Assembly: GCA_963820405.1 (NCBI GenBank)
Contig: CAWFZZ010000013.1
Location: 10,510-74,509 of the forward strand
From: Bryobacterales bacterium
GTDB taxonomy: Bacteria > Acidobacteriota > Terriglobia > Bryobacterales > Bryobacteraceae
Direction: 5' to 3'
DNA: 64,000 nucleotides
Below the pieces are notes generated by a model. That model was given only the letters and a program-made list of their open reading frames with translations, was not told where the DNA came from and searched no databases. The position numbers and the translations under genes are program-made. Below, one piece after another: positions 45,617 through 52,976 of this stretch (positions are counted from its first letter, which is position 1; each line of letters begins with the position of its first letter).

Positions 45617-46390
45617 ATGAAGTTCGACAAAATTCTTCTCGGCGCCATGGTGGGCATGGCGGGGCTCTACGCCCAGTCGACACCGCCCGATTTTTCGGGC
45701 GTGTATTATCCGATTTCGCCCTTCGGCCGGTTCAGCGGCGGTCCGGCTGCCGGAGCGGCGGGTCAACGCCAGGGACCGCCTCCACGTCCCACCGCCTCGG
45801 CCCCGTTGTCGGATGGATCGCGAGGCCGCACGCCGGATGAGCCCTCGCTCACGCCCGAATACATGGCGAAGTGGGAAATGATCAGCAAAACGCGGATCGC
45901 CGGATCGCCCGAATATGATTTGACGGCTAAGTGCCTGCCGCCCGGAATGCCGGCCATGATGAGCATGGCTTATGGCATGGAGGTGATGCAGAACAAGGAC
46001 AAGATCACCTTCTTCAGCGAGCTGAACGATGCATTGCGGCGGGTGTACCTGGACGGGCGCAAGCCTTCGCAAAAGGTGCTGGATGATCCGACTTACGCGG
46101 GTTATTCGACGGGTCACTGGGAAGGCGACACGTTGGTGGTGGACACGGTGGCGTTGCGCGACAACACCTTCATCGAAGGATTCACGCCGCACAGCGACGC
46201 GATGACCGTACACGAGCGCATTCGATTGAAGGAACCGGGCCTTTTGGAAGATCGCATTACCGTTACCGATCCCAAGGCGCTCACGAAGACTTGGGAGACA
46301 GTGAAAACATATCGCAAGGCGTCGCGGGAGAAAGGGAACGACGAGCTGCGAGAGTTTGCGTGCGCCGAAGGTTTGGGAGAGGCAAAGTGA
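45617..46390 (+). CDS. secreted protein, paralog family X (copy D)
   Basis: 257 aa. CLPPGMPAMMSM, YAGYSTGHWEGDTLVVDTV, TPHSDAMTVHERIRL and FACAEG. Confidence 0.7.
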   Translation: MKFDKILLGAMVGMAGLYAQSTPPDFSGVYYPISPFGRFSGGPAAGAAGQRQGPPPRPTASAPLSDGSRGRTPDEPSLTPEYMAKWEMISKTRIAGSPEYDLTAKCLPPGMPAMMSMAYGMEVMQNKDKITFFSELNDALRRVYLDGRKPSQKVLDDPTYAGYSTGHWEGDTLVVDTVALRDNTFIEGFTPHSDAMTVHERIRLKEPGLLEDRITVTDPKALTKTWETVKTYRKASREKGNDELREFACAEGLGEAK

Positions 46391-47145
46391 GGGCCACAGC
46401 CCTAGCGTTAGGGCTTGCGGCCGCCGGCGCGCTGTGGGGGCAGATGCCGCCCGATTTTTCGGGCGTCTACTATCCGGTGAATCCCTTTGGTCGATTCGCA
46501 GGCGCACCCAAAGCAGGAGCGCCCGCAGGACCGCCGCCCAAACCGACTGCTTCAGCGCCGGTCGGGGATGGCTCTAATGGGAGAAGGCCGGATGAGCCGT
46601 CGCTCAAGGCTGAATACCTGGCGAAGTGGCAAGTGATCAGCAAATCGCTCATCTCAGGTTCTTCCGAATACGACGCGACGGCGAAGTGCCTGCCTCCGGG
46701 CATGCCCTCGATGATGAGCATGTTTTATGGCATGGAGGTGATGCAGAACAAGGACAAAATCACCTTCTTCAGCGAGCTGAACGATGCGATGCGACGCGTT
46801 TATCTGGACGGGCGCAAGCCTTCGCAAAAGGTTCTGGACGATCCCACCTACGCGGGTTACTCGACGGGACATTGGGACGGGGATACGTTGGTAGTGGATA
46901 CGGTGGCAATCCGCGACGATACGTTCATCGAAGGATTCACGCCGCATAGCGATGCGATGACCGTGCACGAACGCATTCGATTGAAGGAGCCGGGTTTGTT
47001 GGAAGATCGGATCACGGTTTCCGATCCCAAGGCGCTGACGAAGTCCTGGGAGACGGTGAAGACTTACCGCAAGGCGAAGCCGGGAACGGGGACGGACGAG
47101 CTTCGGGAGTTCGCATGCGCGGAGGGAATTGCGGACGCGAAGTGA
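46387..47145 (+). CDS. secreted protein, paralog family X (copy E; recent tandem duplicate of D)
   Basis: GTG 46387 overlaps the stop of copy D (GTGA) and gives the leader VRATALALGLAAAGALWG. Near-identical to copy D over most of its length. Confidence 0.7.
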   Translation: MRATALALGLAAAGALWGQMPPDFSGVYYPVNPFGRFAGAPKAGAPAGPPPKPTASAPVGDGSNGRRPDEPSLKAEYLAKWQVISKSLISGSSEYDATAKCLPPGMPSMMSMFYGMEVMQNKDKITFFSELNDAMRRVYLDGRKPSQKVLDDPTYAGYSTGHWDGDTLVVDTVAIRDDTFIEGFTPHSDAMTVHERIRLKEPGLLEDRITVSDPKALTKSWETVKTYRKAKPGTGTDELREFACAEGIADAK

Positions 47146-47377
47146 GGGCCCCGGCGCTTGCGTTGGTGCTGGAGGAGATCCTTGGCACTGCAAAGAATAT
47201 CCGGGCACTTCTCAGCGGAGCAAAGTATGATGTTGAAGCTTTACGATCATAGGAACGGTGAGGTGTCGCTTGATGAAGCCGAACGTATCGTGATTTGAGA
47301 TAGGAAACGCGAGAATTGGGAAACGCCACTCATCGCGTGTCTGGGGTGGGGTTCGCTCGTCTGGGGATCTTCCGAAG

Positions 47378-47716
47378 CTAAACCCACTTGATGGCGTTAC
47401 GCGAAATAAAGAAGTGGCTGCCACATCGATTTGTTGGCTGCCAGAGAGACGGACGTACTGTAATCCGCTTTCCTTCAACGAGGAGATCCCAACGGGGGCA
47501 CGCGTTCTTCATAAGGTTGACGTCAATTCGTGCTCCGCACCTGCATGGGCACTGCAGCACTATCCATCGCGGCACGCCGACCTTCTTCACGATGAACGCC
47601 GCCGCGCCTAAGCGTTTGGGAACTTGGCTCATCGTCGATACGTGGACGATCCGGGAGATCTTCTTCCGCCTTCGCAGCCGAAACCACGTATCCCGGATCA
47701 TTGCGCCGATCTTCAT
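47378..47716 (-). CDS. Cys-rich small protein (DUF6527-like), last gene of the Ubl operon
   Basis: ATG 47714-47716 overlaps the E1 stop (ATGA), giving MKIGAMIRD... Motifs WIVLQCPCRCGARIDVNL and TNRCGSHFFISRNAIKW. The ORF track gives the longer 47378..47767. Confidence 0.6.
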   Translation of the reverse strand: MKIGAMIRDTWFRLRRRKKISRIVHVSTMSQVPKRLGAAAFIVKKVGVPRWIVLQCPCRCGARIDVNLMKNACPRWDLLVEGKRITVRPSLWQPTNRCGSHFFISRNAIKWV

Positions 47717-49095
47717 TCCGGTCTCCAGGTCGTTTCCAGAAAAAGATTTAGGTCTCCTCGGCCCCATTTTGTGCGATCAGCACAAAAGCAATCATCCATG
47801 CTTGGCGTTCGATTCTTGCCGATATGGTTCGCATCGAAGCGGCAAATGATCTCCGTGGAGTTTGCATCCGCTCCCATAAAGCCCGTTAATCGATGGAGCA
47901 TTTGGTTGATCGCCGCGGCGGCCACCGAGGTTGTGAAGGTTATAACGGCTGGGTCAGGTGTTTCTAGTTCTGGCGCGTATCCCTCACGCCGTAGTCTGTC
48001 GGCTTCGTCAGGATTAGTAGCATCGAGAACCTCTGCACGAATGCGATCTGCGTGGATTCGCCCCCGGCAGATTAGACACGCCGCGCCCGGCATTAGGAGG
48101 GTAACGCGGCCTTGGACTGAGCGTATGATTCCGTCGGCCGAGTCGATCTTGACGGCCATATCAAACACTGGGATGAGATAGTAGGTGCTTAAGCGGTTGA
48201 GCAGAGACCGCCCCCATTGATCATCGGTGCATCCAAAAATCAAATCGCAATTCCGAAATTCCTTCAGGGCGGATTCGAAGGTAATCGGCCGGTTCAGCGG
48301 CGTGATGGCCGTACCCAAGCCAATTTCGGAACCGAGCCGGTGAGACAGCGCCACTTTGGATTTACCCGCATCCGTCAGGCGTGATCCATACACTCTTGTG
48401 ACATTCGACTCAACGAGGCACTGCGGATCGGCAACAAGTATCTGACCGACCCCGAGGCGAATAAGCTGCTCAACAACGCTGGAACCGGTTCCCCCGCCTC
48501 CAACGACCCCTATGCTTAGGCTCTTTAGGAGCTGCTGAAGATCTGGACCGAATGCGCGGACCTGTCGGTCATAAATGTTCAAGTCAACGCCGGCTTCGGC
48601 GTTCTGAGAGAAAAACCGAAATCGATCACCAATCACCCGAATAACCTCTAGCGGTACAGCGGCGCCGCCGTCAAGCCAGACGCGGCCCACCGGATTATCG
48701 GGCGCCGAAAACACAATACTTGCGTGTACTCCCTGGCCTCGGATTCGGTTGTATGCTGTTGCGAACAGTGTTCGCTCTTCCCTGTCGTCCTGCCGCGAAT
48801 GCCTGGGGACTTCCGGCGGATGAGAGTGCACAAAAGTGAAGCATTGCTGCGATCGATGTGCCCGCTTCAGGGCACGCAGGAAAGACGGTGCCGCAATCTT
48901 CATGTGTACCGTCGAGGACTCGACGATCTCGCTCTGGTCAACCGGCAGTACGTCCTGTACCAACAGCCGTGTTTCAACATCGCTTTCCGAGATACCGCAA
49001 AGCAGGTAGGCAGCCCGTTCCAACCGCGGAGCCTGGAACAGATGTGTAACGAGGTCTGTGTATTGATCAGCGAGAAACGTAACCGAATACCGCAT
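47713..49095 (-). CDS. JAB/JAMM peptidase - ThiF/E1 adenylyltransferase fusion
   Basis: N-terminal LERAAYLLCG plus FVHSHPPEVPRHSRQDD, an exact HxHx7Sx2D JAMM motif. Central IGVVGGGGTGSSVVEQLIRLGVGQILVADPQ Rossmann/ThiF motif. Cys pairs CLICRG and CFCADR. ATG 49093-49095 overlaps the E2 stop. Confidence 0.8.
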   Translation of the reverse strand: MRYSVTFLADQYTDLVTHLFQAPRLERAAYLLCGISESDVETRLLVQDVLPVDQSEIVESSTVHMKIAAPSFLRALKRAHRSQQCFTFVHSHPPEVPRHSRQDDREERTLFATAYNRIRGQGVHASIVFSAPDNPVGRVWLDGGAAVPLEVIRVIGDRFRFFSQNAEAGVDLNIYDRQVRAFGPDLQQLLKSLSIGVVGGGGTGSSVVEQLIRLGVGQILVADPQCLVESNVTRVYGSRLTDAGKSKVALSHRLGSEIGLGTAITPLNRPITFESALKEFRNCDLIFGCTDDQWGRSLLNRLSTYYLIPVFDMAVKIDSADGIIRSVQGRVTLLMPGAACLICRGRIHADRIRAEVLDATNPDEADRLRREGYAPELETPDPAVITFTTSVAAAAINQMLHRLTGFMGADANSTEIICRFDANHIGKNRTPSMDDCFCADRTKWGRGDLNLFLETTWRPE

Positions 49096-49547
49096 CAAAT
49101 TCCCTTTTCAAGCTCCTTGCGGATCGCTCTTAAGAACGTTTGAAGCGTATCGGTGCCTGGACGCCACGTACCGGAAGGTAAATGTCGCGACCATCGTTGC
49201 CAATTGCGGCCGGCATAAGTCTCATGCACATCTGCTGACTTCGGGCAGGTTCCGTTGGAACACCGGATGTCCGGCGACGTCCAGAACATGTCAGGGTTTG
49301 CGCTGGGATAGCCCGCAGGTATTCGAACGAGCAGATCGCAGACCTGGGGCGCGTAGGCGGCCGGTAAAACGTAGCCTTGTATCATAACGTTCACCACAGC
49401 GCCCTCGGTCTCGATCGTGTATTGATATCCCTTGTCGGCGAGATACTTGGTATCCGCCTCGGGTAAAAGTTGAGTTTCTGGCACGTCGGCCCTTAGTCCT
49501 CCGCCCCGGGATTCAGGTCGCGTTGAGCCGAATAGAAGTGCTGCCAT
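49095..49547 (-). CDS. E2/UBC-like protein (Prok-E2_E-like)
   Basis: YPSANPDMFWTSPDIRCSNG (Asn about 12 residues before a Cys, as in UBC HPN...C) and WQRWSRHLPSGTWRPGTDTL. ATG 49547 overlaps the Ubl gene by 55 nt. The alternative in-frame GTG at 49484 lies 9 nt after the Ubl stop and has GGAGGA upstream. Confidence 0.65.
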   Translation of the reverse strand: MAALLFGSTRPESRGGGLRADVPETQLLPEADTKYLADKGYQYTIETEGAVVNVMIQGYVLPAAYAPQVCDLLVRIPAGYPSANPDMFWTSPDIRCSNGTCPKSADVHETYAGRNWQRWSRHLPSGTWRPGTDTLQTFLRAIRKELEKGI

Positions 49548-49774
49548 TCCTTCAGCTTGATCTCGCGTCCATCGTTCGCAATCAGTTTGTCGTCAATCGG
49601 CCCCGGCTCCTCCTCGTACAGGTCATACCCTGCGGCGACACTTCCGAGCGCGTACAGTGCTGCGCCAGTAGTCGGACTAGGCGACTTGTGCTCCTTCCGG
49701 TCAATGTAGATGGGTACCGGATGATGCCCGTTGTGATGTTCTGCATAAAAACTCCTTTCAAAGTTCCTAGCCAC
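49493..49774 (-). CDS. ubiquitin-like beta-grasp candidate (single Multiubiquitin-type domain)
   Basis: 93 aa: VPIYIDRKEHKSPSPTTGAALYALGSVAAGYDLYEEEPGPIDDKLIANDGREIKLKEWQHFYSAQRDLNPGAED. First gene of the operon. GTG start without an obvious SD (see finding). Confidence 0.55.
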   Translation of the reverse strand: MARNFERSFYAEHHNGHHPVPIYIDRKEHKSPSPTTGAALYALGSVAAGYDLYEEEPGPIDDKLIANDGREIKLKEWQHFYSAQRDLNPGAED

Positions 49775-49796
49775 TTGGCGAGCAGCCAGGAAGCTG

Positions 49797-49876
49797 TTAT
49801 CCTTTTACAGGACAAAGGTATCACCAAACGCTCGGTGGTGTCAACGCCAACAGTACATTGATATCCTATTACAGGA
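49797..49876. promoter_or_regulatory. divergent control region with two 16-nt operator-like direct repeats
   Basis: ttatccttttacagga (49797-49812) and atatcctattacagga (49861-49876) are 14/16 identical. The second overlaps the SD of the XRE gene. Confidence 0.45.
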
Positions 49877-49879
49877 AGT

Positions 49880-50242
49880 ATGATGAACATCTACAAGACG
49901 ATAGGCGAGAAAATACGGGAGCTCCGGACGCACCACAACGGCCGAGGCATCAGCCAGGACGCGTTGGCAGCTGAGATCGGGACCACGCCGAATACGATTT
50001 CGAGATGGGAAACGGCTACGTATAAGCCTTCTGTTTCCGATCTTGAAGTGCTGGCGAAGTTCTTCGGAACGCCGATTTCAGTTTTCTTCCCTGGAATGGA
50101 CACCGATATCAAGGCGCAGGCATTGCTCAGTGCGACCCGAGGGCTGAACGATGAAGAGCTCGACGAACTCACCAAGTATGCGTTGTTTCGCCGCGCGCGC
50201 CAAGAATTGAACAAGACCAAGAAAGTGCGCGGCGGAAAGTAA
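49880..50242 (+). CDS. XRE-family helix-turn-helix regulator (CapH-like position)
   Basis: IRELRTHHNGRGISQDALAAEIGTTPNTISRWETATYKPSVSDLEVLAKFFG is a classic HTH_3. Confidence 0.85.
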   Translation: MMNIYKTIGEKIRELRTHHNGRGISQDALAAEIGTTPNTISRWETATYKPSVSDLEVLAKFFGTPISVFFPGMDTDIKAQALLSATRGLNDEELDELTKYALFRRARQELNKTKKVRGGK

Positions 50243-50248
50243 TGGCTT

Positions 50249-50878
50249 ATGTCGAGTCTCTACGAACAACTGAAAGAACTGGCTCGGAGGAAGCGCGGCG
50301 AGCACAGCGTGGAGACGTCGACGTTCGGATTGCGCAAGGTCCGCGAGATTTACTTGGCGGAGGGTATCATCATTGACAGTCGCGAGCTCTCAGCGACGAT
50401 TCGCGCGGTTTATATGTGTGACGGCGGTGATCCCTCAGTTCTCGTTAATAAAAAGCTACCGACCGAGCCAAGATTGTTCTCGCTGGTGCATGAGTTGAAA
50501 CACCACTACTGCGATCAGGCCGCGATCGAAAATGGCGAGATCCGCTGCGGCGATTACAACGCAAACCGCACGATCGAAATCGGCGCCGAAGTTTTTGCAG
50601 CGGAGTTCATCTACCCCGAGAGTGAATTCCTGAGTCATGCTGACGCGCTCGGATTTGTACGAAACGAGGTATCCGCCGAGGACTTGGTTCGCTTCAAGAA
50701 GTCGTGTGGTGCGCCGGTCAGCTACAAATTCATTCAGAAGCGGTTTGCTTTGTCGGGACACATCGCGAAGGGGCAGTTCGATAAGGTTCAATTTCACAAG
50801 CTCGAAGAAGAGATCTACGGCGTGCCGATTTATAAACAGGCGTGGTTTAAGAAGCGACGTGCTTCCAGCGCCAAGTGA
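50249..50878 (+). CDS. ImmA/IrrE-family zinc metallopeptidase (CapP-like position)
   Basis: HExxH in FSLVHELKHHYCD, with downstream EVFAAEFIYPE. Lies 7 nt after the HTH gene. Confidence 0.8.
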   Translation: MSSLYEQLKELARRKRGEHSVETSTFGLRKVREIYLAEGIIIDSRELSATIRAVYMCDGGDPSVLVNKKLPTEPRLFSLVHELKHHYCDQAAIENGEIRCGDYNANRTIEIGAEVFAAEFIYPESEFLSHADALGFVRNEVSAEDLVRFKKSCGAPVSYKFIQKRFALSGHIAKGQFDKVQFHKLEEEIYGVPIYKQAWFKKRRASSAK

Positions 50879-51001
50879 CAGGCCCACAACGTGACTAGGA
50901 CGAACTACTAGCAGCGCTTACTCCCGAGAAAATCTATTTATCAAGAGTAGAGTGCAGCTGCTTACTACGCGTGAAAGCGGCGCATCCGAGGAGGATCGAT
51001 C

Positions 51002-51427
51002 CTAAGCGGCCACTACCACGACATTCTGAGCGGAGGCCGCCCGTCTTAGGTCTTCGTCGGCCGTCGCTAAGGGCAGACCCTTTCGCATGGCCAAGTCCAG
51101 ATACGCGGCATCATAGGCCGCCAGCTTCCATTTGCGTGCCTGCGCCTCAAGATCAACATTGGTCCATAGATCGCGGATCTCGACCGTTATTGGCAAAGCC
51201 TTGAGCCGGGAGAGGAATTCAGAGATCTGCTCCTCAGTGATTCGTTTCCGTTTTTCAAAAGAGACGTAGAGGCTGTTGGCGATCTCGAAAGCCCAAACCT
51301 CGGGGACCAGAGCCTCTTGCGTCGCCAATAATGACAGAATGCTGCGGCTGTATACGGTGTCCTCGCTTGGATCGCCGGGAAAGCACCAGGAAACGGCAAT
51401 TGAGGCGTCAAGAACGAACACGGCCAT
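51002..51427 (-). CDS. vapC: VapC PIN-domain toxin
   Basis: MAVFVLDASIAVSW, EVWAFEIANSL, AYDAAYLDLA and LATADEDL. Confidence 0.8.
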   Translation of the reverse strand: MAVFVLDASIAVSWCFPGDPSEDTVYSRSILSLLATQEALVPEVWAFEIANSLYVSFEKRKRITEEQISEFLSRLKALPITVEIRDLWTNVDLEAQARKWKLAAYDAAYLDLAMRKGLPLATADEDLRRAASAQNVVVVAA

Positions 51428-51666
51428 TAAAGCCGGTGTCCCTCATGCAAGAGCTTTCGTGTCACGGGCTCGCCGAGACTGAGGTGATATTTGTCGCCGA
51501 ATTCCTGCATGCGCCTGACGGCATCCTCACGTGATGGTGCTTGCCGCTGGCTATTGGGAAGTGCATCGATCGCGGAATTGATGAACTCGTCAACGGAATG
51601 TACCAAGCCGTCCTCAATCGCTTCGCGGATGGCTCTTTCCTGATCCGGTGTGAGCGTGATGGTCAT
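51427..51666 (-). CDS. type II antitoxin (partner of the 51002..51427 PIN)
   Basis: 79 aa. 1-nt overlap with vapC. MTITLTPDQERAIREAIEDG. Confidence 0.6.
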   Translation of the reverse strand: MTITLTPDQERAIREAIEDGLVHSVDEFINSAIDALPNSQRQAPSREDAVRRMQEFGDKYHLSLGEPVTRKLLHEGHRL

Positions 51667-51732
51667 GGGATCTCACTTCTAGACTAGCGCGCCAGTGTAC
51701 CGAGGGGATTGCGGAAGCGAAATAGCGGCGCG

Positions 51733-51771
51733 GCCAAAAACAAAGGCCTCGCGGATGCTCTCCGCGAGGCC
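51733..51771 (-). terminator. rho-independent terminator for the 51796..52860 gene
   Basis: ggcctcgcgga-tgctc-tccgcgaggcc (11-bp perfect stem), followed on the minus strand by TTTGTTTTTGG. Lies 25 nt downstream of the stop. Confidence 0.7.
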
Positions 51772-51795
51772 AAACTGATACCAAGGAGATACTAA

Positions 51796-52860
51796 TTACC
51801 AGCGACGTCCGTAACCCCAGCGTCCTCCGAACCCGAAGACGACTGATGGGCCATAGTAATAAGGGTAGTACGGATACGGGTATGGCGCTGCGTAGTAACC
51901 GTAGTAAGGCGGCGGGGGCCGGTAGCCTGGCCCATAGGCCGATCCATAGCCAGGGCGCGGCGCCGGACGCGCATAGCGCGCGTTGTAGTCGGGCTGCGCG
52001 GGATACTGGAACGCCTGCTGCGAATTGTCGAGCGTGATGGGAGTCTCCATGCTAAACGTCATCGGAGTTTCAGGGCCGACGACTGTTGCGCGTCCGCGAG
52101 TAAACAGAACCCCGATGGTTGAAACCACCAGGCCCGCCGCTGCGCCTACACCCGCTCCAACGCCACCGTTCACTCCAGCGCCGATTGCCGCGCCGGTTGC
52201 GGTTGTCGCGCCGATGGCAAAGGCATCGCGTCCGTAGGAGGTATTGCCTCGCCGGTCGATCAATTTCGTTTTCACTTGAATCTGGCGGCCGTCAGCCAAC
52301 TGGATTCCGGTGAGTTCTAATTTCAGGTGGGAAACGCCCGACACGCGGCCCGCCTTCTGCGCTTCGGTAACGATGCCGGTCACGGTTTCTCCCCGGCGCG
52401 CGATCAGCAATCCATTCGCGACAATTGGTTCGAGCAATGTTCCGGTGAACGCATCGCCGGTTTGATTGTGATCGCTCGACAACCGTTCGTTCAGACGAAC
52501 CGTCACCCACATTCCGGCCGGAAGCGTGATGGTGGTTGGCGCGTAGCGTACCGGTGGAGCGGCTTGTGGAACACCCTGGGCGGGAGGCGGCGGGGGAGCC
52601 TGCTGTTGATCTTGCGGATCGCCGGCAGGGGTCGGCGGAAGAGGATCGGCAGCAACCTGTTGTTGATCCGTTTGCGGATCGAACTTGCGCCATCCCCCGG
52701 AGGGAGCCGAAGGAGCCGGAGGCGGCGCGGGCTGATTCGCGTCCTGGGCGAACCCAACCTGAACCAGACCAGGCAAAGTGCCCACCAGCGTAAGGATTAG
52801 GACCGAAGCGGCAGGCCAAGTAAATCGGGGATTTATTTTCATGTTAGTCATGCCTCTCAA
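51796..52860 (-). CDS. secreted protein with Pro/Gln-rich N-terminal region and Tyr/Pro/Gly-rich tail
   Basis: 354 aa with a signal peptide. Tail YGYYAAPYPYPYYPYYYGPSVVFGFGGRWGYGRRW. No family recognised. Confidence 0.5.
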   Translation of the reverse strand: MRGMTNMKINPRFTWPAASVLILTLVGTLPGLVQVGFAQDANQPAPPPAPSAPSGGWRKFDPQTDQQQVAADPLPPTPAGDPQDQQQAPPPPPAQGVPQAAPPVRYAPTTITLPAGMWVTVRLNERLSSDHNQTGDAFTGTLLEPIVANGLLIARRGETVTGIVTEAQKAGRVSGVSHLKLELTGIQLADGRQIQVKTKLIDRRGNTSYGRDAFAIGATTATGAAIGAGVNGGVGAGVGAAAGLVVSTIGVLFTRGRATVVGPETPMTFSMETPITLDNSQQAFQYPAQPDYNARYARPAPRPGYGSAYGPGYRPPPPYYGYYAAPYPYPYYPYYYGPSVVFGFGGRWGYGRRW

Positions 52861-52976
52861 GTAGAGGCTAATAGCACCTAGCGTGCCAGAGGTAAGTTAT
52901 TGTAAGCAGAAGGCTTGGAATAAATGGCTTTGGCCGAGGATCACCAGGCTGGTGCATTTCGGCCAGTTGCAGGTAA

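Noticed and set aside
46291-46386. Start of family X copy E at 46291, overlapping copy D by 100 nt.
   Set aside because: GTG 46387 gives a normal signal peptide and a GTGA stop/start overlap. The same junction sequence recurs after copy E.
47212-47478. ORF 47212..47478 (-) and small + strand ORFs (e.g. MMLKLYDHRNGEVSLDEAERIVI at about 47225-47296) at the left island junction.
   Set aside because: They have no recognisable motifs, overlap the DUF6527-like gene or junction debris, and are more likely non-coding remnants.
49582-49890. ORF 49582..49890 (-), which contains the well-placed SD + ATG (49746) upstream of the Ubl gene.
   Set aside because: Its product is Arg/Thr-rich (..RSTSRLVRLLAQHCTRSEV..) and has no fold-like pattern, whereas the other frame gives the beta-grasp-like sequence. 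It is kept only as a hint of a possible indel near the Ubl start.
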